Assembly (NCBI GenBank): GCA_023485845.1
Contig: JAMCZE010000001.1
Coordinates: forward strand, 1 to 60,455
Length of the DNA: 60,455 bases
Source of the DNA: Patescibacteria group bacterium
Lineage (GTDB): Bacteria; Patescibacteriota; Microgenomatia; JAMCZE01
Direction of reading: 5' to 3'
Notes under the pieces: generated by a model
Databases searched by the model: none
The model's input: only the letters and a program-made list of their open reading frames with translations
What the model was told of the DNA's origin: nothing
Shown here: piece after piece, positions 1 to 8,510 of the stretch
How positions within the stretch are numbered: position 1 is the first letter of the stretch
Layout: each line of letters begins with the position of its first letter
Position numbers and translations under genes: made by a program

Positions 1-2
1 AA

Positions 3-125
3 ATTTACAGTTACATTTGGTACTACAATAATCTGCGAATTCACACCAGCTTAAAGATGTCCCCAGCTCAATTTAGAAGAAAATTCCTAGACGCAGAAAC
101 CGTGTCCCAAAAATCGGGTACTTGA
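3..125 (+). CDS. IS3-family transposase (OrfB), C-terminal fragment running off the window start
   Basis: Frame 3 translates as IYSYIWYYNNLRIHTSLKMSPAQFRRKFLDAETVSQKSGT*, matching the YI.YYN..R.H..L...SP..F tail of IS3 integrase cores. Not in the ORF track. Confidence 0.85.
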   Translation: MYSYIWYYNNLRIHTSLKMSPAQFRRKFLDAETVSQKSGT

Positions 126-127
126 CA
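102..127 (+). mobile_element. Right terminal inverted repeat of an IS3-family element
   Basis: gtgtcccaaaaatcgggtacttgaca ends in CA, resembles IS3-family right ends (gtgtcc...ggg...CA) and overlaps the transposase stop. Confidence 0.75.
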
Positions 128-351
128 AAAATCAACAGAAAATAACAAAACTGGAAAGAAAACAAACACTGTCTCTGTTTCTGAGGCTGGGAATTTATAA
201 CTCTTGGAGTCCAAGAAGCTATGCGGTATTTGAAAAGCATCTCAATCGGGCGGAAGACACATCGTTGTCGATGGGAGAAAGAGTTAGAGCAGCTAATAAC
301 ATTGATCAGATGTTTTATAGGAGGATAAAAAAACATGAGCAAAATAAGTGA
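128..351 (+). pseudogene. 5'-truncated ORF, probably interrupted by the IS3 insertion
   Basis: Open frame KNQQKITKLERKQ...RRIKKHEQNK* has no ATG/GTG/TTG near the IS end. Its stop overlaps the start region of the next gene. Confidence 0.55.
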
Positions 352-937
352 ACAATCAGAAAAACTAACCACCCCAAAGATGCCTGGAGAGACAGAAAGC
401 CAGTATACAGCTTTCCTGCTGTATTGCGAGGTCGGGAGCGTTTCCAAGTTGATGCAGGCATGGCAACAAATATGTCGGAATCCTGTAGGAGAGTTGTCGG
501 TGATTTTTGGCACTAAACTTGGGAATTTACCCTCAGAAAGGACGATTGAACGCTGGTCGGTCAAATACCAGTGGATTAAACGGGCAGACAAGAAGCTGAC
601 AGAAGATTTAGAAGGCTTGAAAAAGAAGTCAACTCAAATCAGACAGAAAAGAGCATATCTGATCACGGAAGCATTCTGGAGCAAACTGCAGGCATTAAAA
701 AAGCAAATACAGGCAGGTGAACCAGCAACTGTCCAGGAAGTTAAAGCATTATGGGAAATGCACAGAACAGAATTTGGAGAATCAATCGGCAAGCACCAGA
801 TAGTGGGAGGCATCGACGAAACAGAGCAAAGACCCCTTACTCCAGAAGAAGAAAAATTGTCAAAGGAGATAACAAAGTTAGAAATGGAATTTAACAAAAA
901 ACAATTAGAGGACAACCAAGATGATAGTTCAAGTTGA
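335..937 (+). CDS. Terminase-small-subunit-like HTH protein (putative)
   Basis: PGETESQYTAFLLYC...S...TIERWSVKYQWIKRA recalls phage GES..AY.AF..Y...IERWS....W..RA proteins. AGGAGG RBS at 319-324. Confidence 0.5.
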   Translation: MSKISEQSEKLTTPKMPGETESQYTAFLLYCEVGSVSKLMQAWQQICRNPVGELSVIFGTKLGNLPSERTIERWSVKYQWIKRADKKLTEDLEGLKKKSTQIRQKRAYLITEAFWSKLQALKKQIQAGEPATVQEVKALWEMHRTEFGESIGKHQIVGGIDETEQRPLTPEEEKLSKEITKLEMEFNKKQLEDNQDDSSS

Positions 938-983
938 TATTACTTGAAGTTTCATTTATGTGTTGTGTTAGCAACAAAAACCT

Positions 984-2618
984 ATGAAAGCTGTCCTACT
1001 CTGCCGAGTATCAAGTCGAGAACAAGAAGAAACAGGCTACTCTTTACCAGCCCAGGAGAAGCTGCTGAAGGGGTATACCCAAAAACAAGGCTATTCAATC
1101 GCCAAAATCTTCACCATCTCAGAAACGGCAAGCGGAAGGAAACAACGAGAGATTTTCTCCTCCATGATGGCGTATGTTCAAAAAAACAACATCAAAATTC
1201 TCATTTGTGAGAAAGTTGACCGTTTTACCAGAAACTTTAAAGATGCAGTTATGATTGATGACTGGTTAGAGGAGGATGAAGAACGGCAAGTCCATATGGT
1301 TAAAGACTCTCTTGTCCTTCATAAAAACTCCCGTTCGCAAGACAAGCTAAACTGGGGAGTCCGCATTATCTTTGCTAAAAATTACATTGATAACCTCTCT
1401 GAAGAGGTAAAGAAAGGGCAGAAAGAGAAATTGGCACAGGGCTGGCTGCCGTGCCGACCCAAGCCAGGATATAAGACCATCGGAGAACGAGGGCATAAGA
1501 CCCATGTTCCAGACGAGACGACTGCTCCTCTAATGCGCAAATTCTTTGAGCAGTATTCGGATGGAGACTGCTCGGTCAAAAAACTGGCTGATATAATGTT
1601 TGAGGCGGGACTTCGCTCGTCAACAGGAGGCAGAATCTACAAAAGCCGAGTCCATCAACTCCTCAAAGACCCGTTTTACATCGGGAAGATTAGGTGGAAC
1701 GGCGAGATTTACCAGGGTAAACATGAGCCTTTAATAAGTCAGGAGATTTTTGATAAGATACAGTTAGTGTTAGCTGGTAAAAATACACCTAAAATAAATA
1801 GACATATGTTTCTCTTTAAGCAATTACTCAAATGTGCCGAGTGCAAAGGCACGGTCACCTGGGAAATCCACAAGGGTATCATCTATGGGCATTGTAACCA
1901 CTACCGCAACTGCTCCCAGAAGAAATGGACAAGGGAGGATGAAATCGAAAACCAGCTATTAACAGGATTTGAGGGATTACAGTTGAAAAATAGCCGTATA
2001 GCAGAGTGGTTGAAAAAAGCTCTCAAAGAAAGTCACCAGGATGCCACCAACTACGAAACAAGCAGCCTCAAAGAGTTACAAGACCGTCTGGCACAGGTTG
2101 AGAAGCGCTTAGATCGCCTCTATGACGACAAGTTGGATGAGAAGATCACCAAAACCTTCTATGATCAGAAATTCAAGCAGTATACCCAGGAGAAGGCAGA
2201 TATTGTGGTAGCCATCGAGAAACACACCAAAGCCAAGAATAACCACTTTGATTTGGGGATAAACCTCTACGAACTCTCCCAGAGAGCCAGAGAGATATAC
2301 CTGCGAGCCAAAGAATGCCACCTTCTGGAAGAACAAAGACGGCTCATCAGTCTGGTATTTACCAGCATGACTCTTGATAAAGGAATCCTGGCTTACGAGT
2401 ATTCCAATGCCTTCAAGTTGATACACAATGCGGTGGTTGAGACTAACGGTTCGAAAGTGGCGAATTTAGCAAAAAATGGAGCGAGGATTTTCGAACCTAA
2501 CGAATTGCCCGATAAATCAACCCAAAAGGGGTCTTTGCGACCCTCTCGTCCTACTTGGCTGCGGGACTTGGATTCGGACCAAGATATCAACCTTCAGAGG
2601 GTCGAGTCCTACCGTTAG
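984..2618 (+). CDS. Large serine recombinase (resolvase, recombinase, Zn-ribbon and coiled-coil domains)
   Basis: RVSSREQ catalytic Ser, EKVDRFTRN, G.YQGKHEPLISQE.F, LLKCAECKG...C Zn ribbon. The C-terminus overlaps tRNA-Gln antisense. Confidence 0.95.
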   Translation: MKAVLLCRVSSREQEETGYSLPAQEKLLKGYTQKQGYSIAKIFTISETASGRKQREIFSSMMAYVQKNNIKILICEKVDRFTRNFKDAVMIDDWLEEDEERQVHMVKDSLVLHKNSRSQDKLNWGVRIIFAKNYIDNLSEEVKKGQKEKLAQGWLPCRPKPGYKTIGERGHKTHVPDETTAPLMRKFFEQYSDGDCSVKKLADIMFEAGLRSSTGGRIYKSRVHQLLKDPFYIGKIRWNGEIYQGKHEPLISQEIFDKIQLVLAGKNTPKINRHMFLFKQLLKCAECKGTVTWEIHKGIIYGHCNHYRNCSQKKWTREDEIENQLLTGFEGLQLKNSRIAEWLKKALKESHQDATNYETSSLKELQDRLAQVEKRLDRLYDDKLDEKITKTFYDQKFKQYTQEKADIVVAIEKHTKAKNNHFDLGINLYELSQRAREIYLRAKECHLLEEQRRLISLVFTSMTLDKGILAYEYSNAFKLIHNAVVETNGSKVANLAKNGARIFEPNELPDKSTQKGSLRPSRPTWLRDLDSDQDINLQRVESYR

Positions 2619-2629
2619 ACGATCCCGCA
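2556..2629 (-). tRNA. tRNA-Gln(CTG)
   Basis: Cloverleaf TGCGGGA/TCCCGCA, anticodon arm CGACC-CTCTGAA-GGTTG, T arm CTTGG-TCCGAAT-CCAAG, encoded CCA. Confidence 0.95.
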
Positions 2630-2712
2630 AAATTACCCCTTAATTATACTGCATCTTTGGGGAGGATGGTGTTTATACTGTTATGGCAATCTATTACTAG
2701 TATAATGCGGGA

Positions 2713-3135
2713 ATGAGGATTGAACACGCGGAACTTTTAATAAAACGATCGGATAAAAAAATTGATGTTCTTGAGTTAAGAAGGGCAGATGGGGGATTCT
2801 TCACAGCAGTATATTTGCTGGCAACCAGCAACTGGATTGATGCCAATAATCCGATATATCAGGCAATGGGTTGTCTTGAGTGCCCATTGCTAAAGAGAAT
2901 TGCGGAAGAAGAAGCAAGATCGTATGGTAGCCCCCGGACAACAAAAAATGTATTGGGTAATGACAACGCAAGGGCTAGACCTTTTTCCTACAATAGCTCT
3001 GATGCTGGCAGGACCGTTTTACTTTTTGTGTGCGAGTTACTAAATCCAATGAATAATCATCCGGATTTGCGAAGTATTAGGCCTCCTTGTCTGAAAAAAA
3101 CAAAACTTAGTTTTGATTGTGAAGTTTGGGAGTAG
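2713..3135 (+). CDS. Hypothetical protein (Cys-containing orphan)
   Basis: 140-aa ORF; TATAAT at 2701-2706, 6 nt before ATG (leaderless). Confidence 0.6.
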   Translation: MRIEHAELLIKRSDKKIDVLELRRADGGFFTAVYLLATSNWIDANNPIYQAMGCLECPLLKRIAEEEARSYGSPRTTKNVLGNDNARARPFSYNSSDAGRTVLLFVCELLNPMNNHPDLRSIRPPCLKKTKLSFDCEVWE

Positions 3136-3185
3136 GAAGATTATGATAAGCGGAAGTAATATAATCGGGCTGGAGGGGGTGAAGT

Positions 3186-3437
3186 ATGGCAGGCAGCAAA
3201 GTGGTTCATGTAAATGTTGGAACGGTTGAGAGTGTGCATCTATTGAGTGAGATAACTAGGGAACCCAATGATAAGGCGCGCGTTGTGGATGTCAGGTTAA
3301 CAAAAGGTGGTTTTGATCAAGTTAATATTGGTGCAAGAGCTGATATTAAACCTGGACAAAGAGTTCGAGTGGTAACACGGCAACGAATCGAAAATGGTGC
3401 AACAGTAATTTGGTCCAGCATTTGGCGAGCGAATTAA
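3186..3437 (+). CDS. Hypothetical small beta-rich protein
   Basis: 83-aa ORF with TATAAT and GGAGGGGGTGA RBS upstream. Confidence 0.65.
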   Translation: MAGSKVVHVNVGTVESVHLLSEITREPNDKARVVDVRLTKGGFDQVNIGARADIKPGQRVRVVTRQRIENGATVIWSSIWRAN

Positions 3438-3443
3438 TAGGAA

Positions 3444-3776
3444 CTATTTCTTTCTTGCTCTTTTGATCTCGTCAAGGAGTTCTTGTTTGGCGGCGGCGGC
3501 GGCGGCGCGGATAGCCGCTTCAATATCCACCGGGGTTTGCGCCTGCAGATAGTTCAGCAGTTTTGGGTCATGGGGGGCTTGGTGAAACTTCGTCAGAAAT
3601 TCTTCGTGTTTGGCAGCGGGCAGGTGGGTGAGAATCACGTCCAAAACCCGGTGGTGCAGAGTTTCATCAACCAATTCAATAAGCTCTTCCCGTTCTTCCA
3701 CCGCAATTTCGTGTTTGTCCAGAACGGCAATAACCTCTTCTCGCAGAACTAGATGGTCATAGAAAATCTTTACCAT
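3444..3776 (-). CDS. Hypothetical all-helical protein
   Basis: 110-aa ORF, co-oriented with the upstream operon. Confidence 0.75.
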   Translation of the reverse strand: MVKIFYDHLVLREEVIAVLDKHEIAVEEREELIELVDETLHHRVLDVILTHLPAAKHEEFLTKFHQAPHDPKLLNYLQAQTPVDIEAAIRAAAAAAKQELLDEIKRARKK

Positions 3777-3779
3777 AAT

Positions 3780-4213
3780 TTAAAATTCAAAAATCAAAAG
3801 TCAAAAATTCAAGTTAAAATTAAAAATTTTTACTTTTAAGTTTCATCACTCCGGCTGCGAGCATACTTGCGATTTCGGAAACTTCATCAATTAATGTTTG
3901 CGTGCCTTTTCCGGCAGCCAACCCGGAGTCCCTTAGTAATAATAACCAATATCTTGTTTCGTTGGCACTCTTAAGTGCTATTTCGTAAAACTTCTTGTAT
4001 TCAAGGCGAGAGCTGGCAGCGCCGCCTTCAATTAAATTTGCTCCTATTGACATGGCAGACCGAAGGAGTTGATCAGTAATAACCCAGGCGGATCTTTTCT
4101 GGGGCAGGCTGTCAACAAGGGTCATTGTTGCCAAACTAAATTTGAAGCAACGATCTTTCAAGTCACTTTTATATTTTGAATTGTAATTTTGCATTTTAAA
4201 TTTTGAGTTTTGA
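3780..4213. repeat. Imperfect 48-bp inverted heptamer arrays (3780-3827 and 4166-4213) flanking the four-helix-bundle gene
   Basis: Left ttaaaat tcaaaaa tcaaaag tcaaaaa ttcaag ttaaaat taaaaat versus reverse complement of right tcaaaac tcaaaat ttaaaat gcaaaat tacaat tcaaaat ataaaag; same register, including the one 6-mer. Confidence 0.75.
3820..4194 (-). CDS. Four helix bundle protein (23S rRNA intervening-sequence protein / Avd-like family)
   Basis: DQLLRSAMSIGANLIEG...Y.IALKSANETRYWLLLL signature. Confidence 0.92.
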   Translation of the reverse strand: MQNYNSKYKSDLKDRCFKFSLATMTLVDSLPQKRSAWVITDQLLRSAMSIGANLIEGGAASSRLEYKKFYEIALKSANETRYWLLLLRDSGLAAGKGTQTLIDEVSEIASMLAAGVMKLKSKNF

Positions 4214-4221
4214 CTTCATGG

Positions 4222-5067
4222 TTACGCTTGCTTAGCAGTTAGTTCTTTATTGACTTCTATATTATATTCTAATGGCCCTAACGGGACTTCGTTGTTGGGG
4301 TCATCAAGGAAAAACATCACCACCGGATGATTTTGCATGCCGGTGTTGATGCCCAGATATTCCAGCACTTCCGGGGATCCCCCAAAATGTTTGCCGGTCC
4401 AATCGGCTGGCCCGGCATCAGCCACGGCGCTGACTATGGCTTTGCCGTTGGCAGGATTAACCACCACCATCCGGCGCCAGCGGTACCAGTCAACATAATA
4501 TTTGGTCCGCTCCCGCCAGTCCGGCAGGTAGATAATCGGGACAGCGACATAATATTTTTCCACCGTGGGATCGGTGACATAGCCCCAACCGCCCAGCCCC
4601 GGGGCCATGTTGGGCACGTTGTCGCCCGGGAAACGGGCCAGATGTTGTTCGGCCCCCATGCGGCCATAATCATGGGGCAGGCGGTTGCCGTCCAGTTCGG
4701 GAACAGCGTTCACGCCGAAAGCCGCTTTAATTTTTTGGCTGATTTCCTGTTCCTGGTCAGGCGAAAGGCTCCATTGGCCTTCCGGCGGCAAAATGTTTTG
4801 CCAGGTCAAATTATTGGCGGCAATGGTGGTGTTGGCCTGGGTCGGCAAACCAGTGTGGGCGGTTAACAAGAGGCTGCCAGCCAAAGCTCCGGAAGTCAGC
4901 AGCCGGGCGGCATGCTGGCGGATTTTGCCCGGGCGCAGTTTAAGGTGGCCGAAGAACTCGGCGGCGGTTGGGTGGCTGACCAGCAGCTTTTTCTCCGATT
5001 CAAAACTGCGCAGTTTAAGGCGGGCCCTTAAATTTTCGCTATCCAGTCTTGGTTTATTTTTGTCCAT
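4222..5067 (-). CDS. Exported protein with RlpA-like double-psi beta-barrel C-terminus (putative)
   Basis: Hydrophobic segment, then RRMVVVNPANGKAIVSAVADAGP...GSP, like the V.V.N..NG..V...V.D.GP DPBB motif. Confidence 0.55.
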   Translation of the reverse strand: MDKNKPRLDSENLRARLKLRSFESEKKLLVSHPTAAEFFGHLKLRPGKIRQHAARLLTSGALAGSLLLTAHTGLPTQANTTIAANNLTWQNILPPEGQWSLSPDQEQEISQKIKAAFGVNAVPELDGNRLPHDYGRMGAEQHLARFPGDNVPNMAPGLGGWGYVTDPTVEKYYVAVPIIYLPDWRERTKYYVDWYRWRRMVVVNPANGKAIVSAVADAGPADWTGKHFGGSPEVLEYLGINTGMQNHPVVMFFLDDPNNEVPLGPLEYNIEVNKELTAKQA

Positions 5068-6361
5068 GGGCAGATTGTAAGCGGGATATGGTTTCCTCTT
5101 TCCCGAGAATTTTCATGATATCCCAAAGCGGCGGGGTGGCGGTCTGCCCCGTGACAGCTTGGCGCAGTGTCATAAAATAGTCGCCAACTTTAATATTTTT
5201 TTGCGCGCAGAACGCCCGACTTTGTTCCTCCAGAAATTTTCCGTCAAAGTTTTTTTCTAAGACAGATATAGCGTGGGAAATAATCGCGGCGTTTCCTGGG
5301 ACAGGCGCTGGGGCAGTGAAGAAATAATTCGTCAAAGCATCAAAATCTTTCAGGGTCACCAGCCGGTCTTTGACCAAGGGAATAAGTTTGGTTATTTCTG
5401 CCCCGGTTTTATCGGTGAACTTTGCCAGCATCTTAACTAGTTTGGTGTCGGCGGTTTTTCGGATGTATTGTTGGTTAAACCAGTCCAATTTTTCCGTGTG
5501 GAAAACCGGGTTGGCCTTTTGAAAGCCGTTTTCATTAAAATTTTCCACAAACTCGTCAAGAGTGAACATTTCCCGGTTGTCTTTGGGCGCCCAACCAAGA
5601 AGAATGATGAAGTTTAAAAGAGCGGCCGGTAAATAGCCATGATCAAGAAAACTGCTGATGGAAGTTGACCCTTTTCGCTTTGATAATTTGCCACCCTCCG
5701 GTGATTGCACGTCGGTTAAGTGCCCGATTTCTGGCGTTTCATAACCCAGATATCTATAAACAAGTAAATGGATGGGTGTGCTCGACATCCAGTCATAGCC
5801 TCGCAGCACATGAGAAATATTTGTCTCGTGATCATCAACAGCTGCCGCTAGATGATAAGTGGGGAAGCCGTCGGATTTGAGAAGAGTGGCATCAAAGACT
5901 TTGTCTGTATTCCAACTGATTTCCTTTTGAAAAACTAGATCTCGGAACGAAATTTTTTCACCATCAGGCACTTTGAGTTTGATTGCCCCCACCGTTAATT
6001 TTTTCTCACGGCAGGGATCCCGCAGGATTTGGGAGTATCCGTCCTTCTTGGCATTTTTTCCTGGGCAATTGCAATAGAAAGCATGGCCGGTGGCCACCAA
6101 TTCCTCGGCAGCGGCTCGGTAAAGATCGAGGCGCTCAGACTGGACATAATACTCGTCCCAATTCATATTGAATGTTGTTAACATATTTTTTAGGCTAGTC
6201 ACGGCTTCGGGGACATATCTTTTTTGGTCAGTGTCCTCAATACGAAAAATAAAATCGCCATCACTATGTTTGGCTAAGGCGAAGGCATAAGCAGCGGTTC
6301 GCAGGTGACCAATATGCGGTTGTCCGGTGGGCGAGGGGGCGAAACGGGTTCGGACTTTCAT
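5054..6361 (-). CDS. gltX: Glutamate--tRNA ligase (start revised to MKVRTRF)
   Basis: RFAPSPTG.PHIGH, RIEDTD, KSDGFPTYH, KLSKR; TAGAAT 8 nt before ATG. Confidence 0.97.
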   Translation of the reverse strand: MKVRTRFAPSPTGQPHIGHLRTAAYAFALAKHSDGDFIFRIEDTDQKRYVPEAVTSLKNMLTTFNMNWDEYYVQSERLDLYRAAAEELVATGHAFYCNCPGKNAKKDGYSQILRDPCREKKLTVGAIKLKVPDGEKISFRDLVFQKEISWNTDKVFDATLLKSDGFPTYHLAAAVDDHETNISHVLRGYDWMSSTPIHLLVYRYLGYETPEIGHLTDVQSPEGGKLSKRKGSTSISSFLDHGYLPAALLNFIILLGWAPKDNREMFTLDEFVENFNENGFQKANPVFHTEKLDWFNQQYIRKTADTKLVKMLAKFTDKTGAEITKLIPLVKDRLVTLKDFDALTNYFFTAPAPVPGNAAIISHAISVLEKNFDGKFLEEQSRAFCAQKNIKVGDYFMTLRQAVTGQTATPPLWDIMKILGKEETISRLQSAHGQK

Positions 6362-6401
6362 ACGAGAGAATTCTATCATAGAATAAGAGGGAACTGCCCA
6401 T

Positions 6402-7448
6402 ATGGCAACACTGACACAAACGGCATATGTCACCCGTAAGGCGATTAACATCGGATTAATCGTTCTGGCAGCGCTTTTTGTCTTGAGATTGGCCTTTGGT
6501 TTGGTGGTGGGCCTGTGGAACCGGATCTTTCCACCCCCGCCTCCGGCGGCCACCTTGGCTTTTGGCCAATTGCCCTACCCGGCGGCCCAAAATGACGTGT
6601 CCACCCCTTCAGCCGCCATTTCTTATTCTCTGGAAACGGCCGACGGCGGTTTGCCGGCCATGCCTGCCACAATTGAGGTTTTCTTTATGCCCCAACCCGG
6701 CCCCACATTTGGTTCTTTTGACAAGATGAAAGCCTTGGCAGCCAAAATTGGCTTTGCCGACGTGCCGGTTAAAACTTCCAGCACCGCCTGGCGTTTCACC
6801 GACGCCGCTAATCCTTTGCGCACTCTGGACATTGACGAGGTCAGCGGGAATTTTCGCTTAACCTACAATTTTTTGTCCGATTTGTCGCTGTTTAATGATA
6901 AGAATTTTTCTTCCCAGGATCAGATTGCCGGTGATGCTCGGTCATTTTTTAGCAATCTCGGACTTTTGCCGGCGGACATTGCCACCGCCAGCCCGACCCT
7001 GTCCTATTTTAAACTTGATTCCGGAGCCCTGATTCCCACCACTTCGCTTTCCGACGCTGATGCTGTTGGCGTCACTTTGAACCGGGCCGACGTCGAAGGA
7101 CTGCCTGTGGTGTCTCCTGACCCCAATCAGGGACTGGTGTCGGTGCTGTTTTCCGGCTCCAACGAGCAGAAGAAGAAAATTTTGGAGGCGCGCTATTTCT
7201 ACACGCCGGTGGACCAGGAAAACTTTGCCACTTATCCGGCCATCTCCACCGACACGGCGTTTAATAATCTAAAGTCCGGCAAGGCAATTTATGCCAGTTT
7301 GGCAACTCCGACCCCGACGACGGTGACAATTCGCAAGGTCTATTTAGCCTATCTTGACCCCTACCCGTCGCAAAGTTTTCTCCAGCCGGTGTTGGTTTTT
7401 TCCGATGAGAAGAGTTTTATGGCGTATGTGCCGGTGGTGAACTACTGA
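6402..7448 (+). CDS. Hypothetical membrane-anchored extracellular protein
   Basis: N-terminal TM helix and PPPPP linker; 348 aa. Confidence 0.8.
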   Translation: MATLTQTAYVTRKAINIGLIVLAALFVLRLAFGLVVGLWNRIFPPPPPAATLAFGQLPYPAAQNDVSTPSAAISYSLETADGGLPAMPATIEVFFMPQPGPTFGSFDKMKALAAKIGFADVPVKTSSTAWRFTDAANPLRTLDIDEVSGNFRLTYNFLSDLSLFNDKNFSSQDQIAGDARSFFSNLGLLPADIATASPTLSYFKLDSGALIPTTSLSDADAVGVTLNRADVEGLPVVSPDPNQGLVSVLFSGSNEQKKKILEARYFYTPVDQENFATYPAISTDTAFNNLKSGKAIYASLATPTPTTVTIRKVYLAYLDPYPSQSFLQPVLVFSDEKSFMAYVPVVNY

Positions 7449-8415
7449 TCCAGGTGAAGTTGCGAAAGATCCACTCGATTAACCGGGCGCTGTCCCCAAA
7501 CCGGTCGGTGCTGTCCAAAACCACGGCAACCACTCGGTGACCGTTGCGGGTCACAGAACTAACCAAACATTGCCCGGCCAAATCAGTGTAGCCCGTTTTA
7601 ACCCCATCGGCCCCATAGAGATAGCCCAAAAATTGGTTAACATTTTTGAGATTATAGGTTTTTGTTCCGGTGGCGTCGGTGACAGTGATGCCATAGGTGG
7701 CCACAATTTTGTTAATCAGGCTGTTTTTGAGGGCAGACATCGCCAGCAGGGAAATGTCATGGGCGCTGCTATATTGGGTGGGGCCGTCAAAACCGCTGGG
7801 ATTTTCAAAATGAGTATTTTCCATGTGCAGCTGTTTGGCCTTTTGGTTGGCCGCATACAAAAAGTTTTCAATTCCGCCGGGGAAGTTGTCGGCCAAAGTG
7901 TAAGCCGCGTCGCCGCCGGAAGGAACCAGGAGGCCATAGAGTAAACTGCGAACACTTAGTTGGTCGCCAACGGCCAGACCCATGTCTGATTCAAAGGGAA
8001 CGGGACTTAATCTCTTAACAATCAACACTTGGTCGGGGGAATAATAGTCCAGGGCGACCAGGGCAGTCATCAACTTGGTGATGGAAGCCGGGTAGAGCCG
8101 CTCATTGGGGTTAACTTCAAAAAGGGTGACGCCGGAGTCAAGATCCCGGGCAACAACGGCTTGCGCGGACAAATAAGGCGGCAATTCCACCCCGGTTTTT
8201 TGCGGATAGAGCGAGGGGGTGAAGTTGTCAAACTGCGTGTGGCGCAAAACCAATGGCTCGGGCGGGGGTTTGAGCTGGCTTGGGGCAGCGACAAAAAGCA
8301 GCGACAAAGCGACAATAATAAGAGTTGCCAGCCGCCATTTATCCCGGCTGATCCTCTTTCTAAAAGAAATAAACACCTGCAGTTTCCTTGACAATTTTAG
8401 ATTTCGTGATATCAT
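7417..8415 (-). CDS. D-alanyl-D-alanine carboxypeptidase (peptidase S11); start uncertain
   Basis: PASITK (SxxK), F.NPSG.D, GVKTGYT..AG.C; the SxN position reads SGG. Confidence 0.9.
   Translation of the reverse strand: MISRNLKLSRKLQVFISFRKRISRDKWRLATLIIVALSLLFVAAPSQLKPPPEPLVLRHTQFDNFTPSLYPQKTGVELPPYLSAQAVVARDLDSGVTLFEVNPNERLYPASITKLMTALVALDYYSPDQVLIVKRLSPVPFESDMGLAVGDQLSVRSLLYGLLVPSGGDAAYTLADNFPGGIENFLYAANQKAKQLHMENTHFENPSGFDGPTQYSSAHDISLLAMSALKNSLINKIVATYGITVTDATGTKTYNLKNVNQFLGYLYGADGVKTGYTDLAGQCLVSSVTRNGHRVVAVVLDSTDRFGDSARLIEWIFRNFTWISSSPPAHTP
8388..8415 (+). promoter_or_regulatory. Sigma70-type promoter for the small RNA at 8424
   Basis: TTGACA(8388-8393)-16 nt-TATCAT(8410-8415) with extended TG; no plus-strand CDS follows. 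Confidence 0.65.
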
Positions 8416-8423
8416 ATAAATAC

Positions 8424-8510
8424 TGTTGGATGCTCTAGTGACCAGTTCTCATAACTGAAACTCTGAGCTAGAGATTATCTCGACTAGATCGGGATCTCCA
8501 ACACTTTTTT
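8424..8510 (+). ncRNA. Candidate structured small RNA, convergent with and overlapping the DUF3800-like gene
   Basis: Stems TGTTGGA/TCCAACA, CTCTAGT/GCTAGAG, CAGTT/AACTG and ATCTCGA/TCGGGAT, then T6; own promoter. Confidence 0.6.

Larger units (their letters stand above)
1..2629. mobile_element. End of an integrative element (island, prophage or satellite) at the tRNA-Gln 3' end
   Basis: Recombinase abuts the tRNA 3' end; phage-like ORF and IS cargo. The other boundary lies outside the window. Confidence 0.75.

Noticed and set aside
73-591. 172-aa minus-strand ORF
   Set aside because: Antisense to the IS end and to plus-strand ORFs that have better motif and RBS support.
3488-3510. (GGC)n run
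   Set aside because: Encodes a poly-Ala stretch in the 110-aa ORF; an ordinary codon repeat.
3820-4194. Diversity-generating retroelement, suggested by the Avd-like gene
   Set aside because: No reverse transcriptase and no template/variable repeat pair seen in the window.
6362-6553. N-terminal extension of GltX in the ORF track
   Set aside because: Overlaps a divergent gene; family homology and a -10 box point to the ATG at 6361.
8424-8504. Canonical tRNA (Met, Glu or Sec) in the small structured RNA
   Set aside because: It has a 7-bp closing stem and a CTCAT loop but no D-loop GG, no TTCRA T-loop, no canonical anticodon loop and no CCA; kept as an unclassified RNA.
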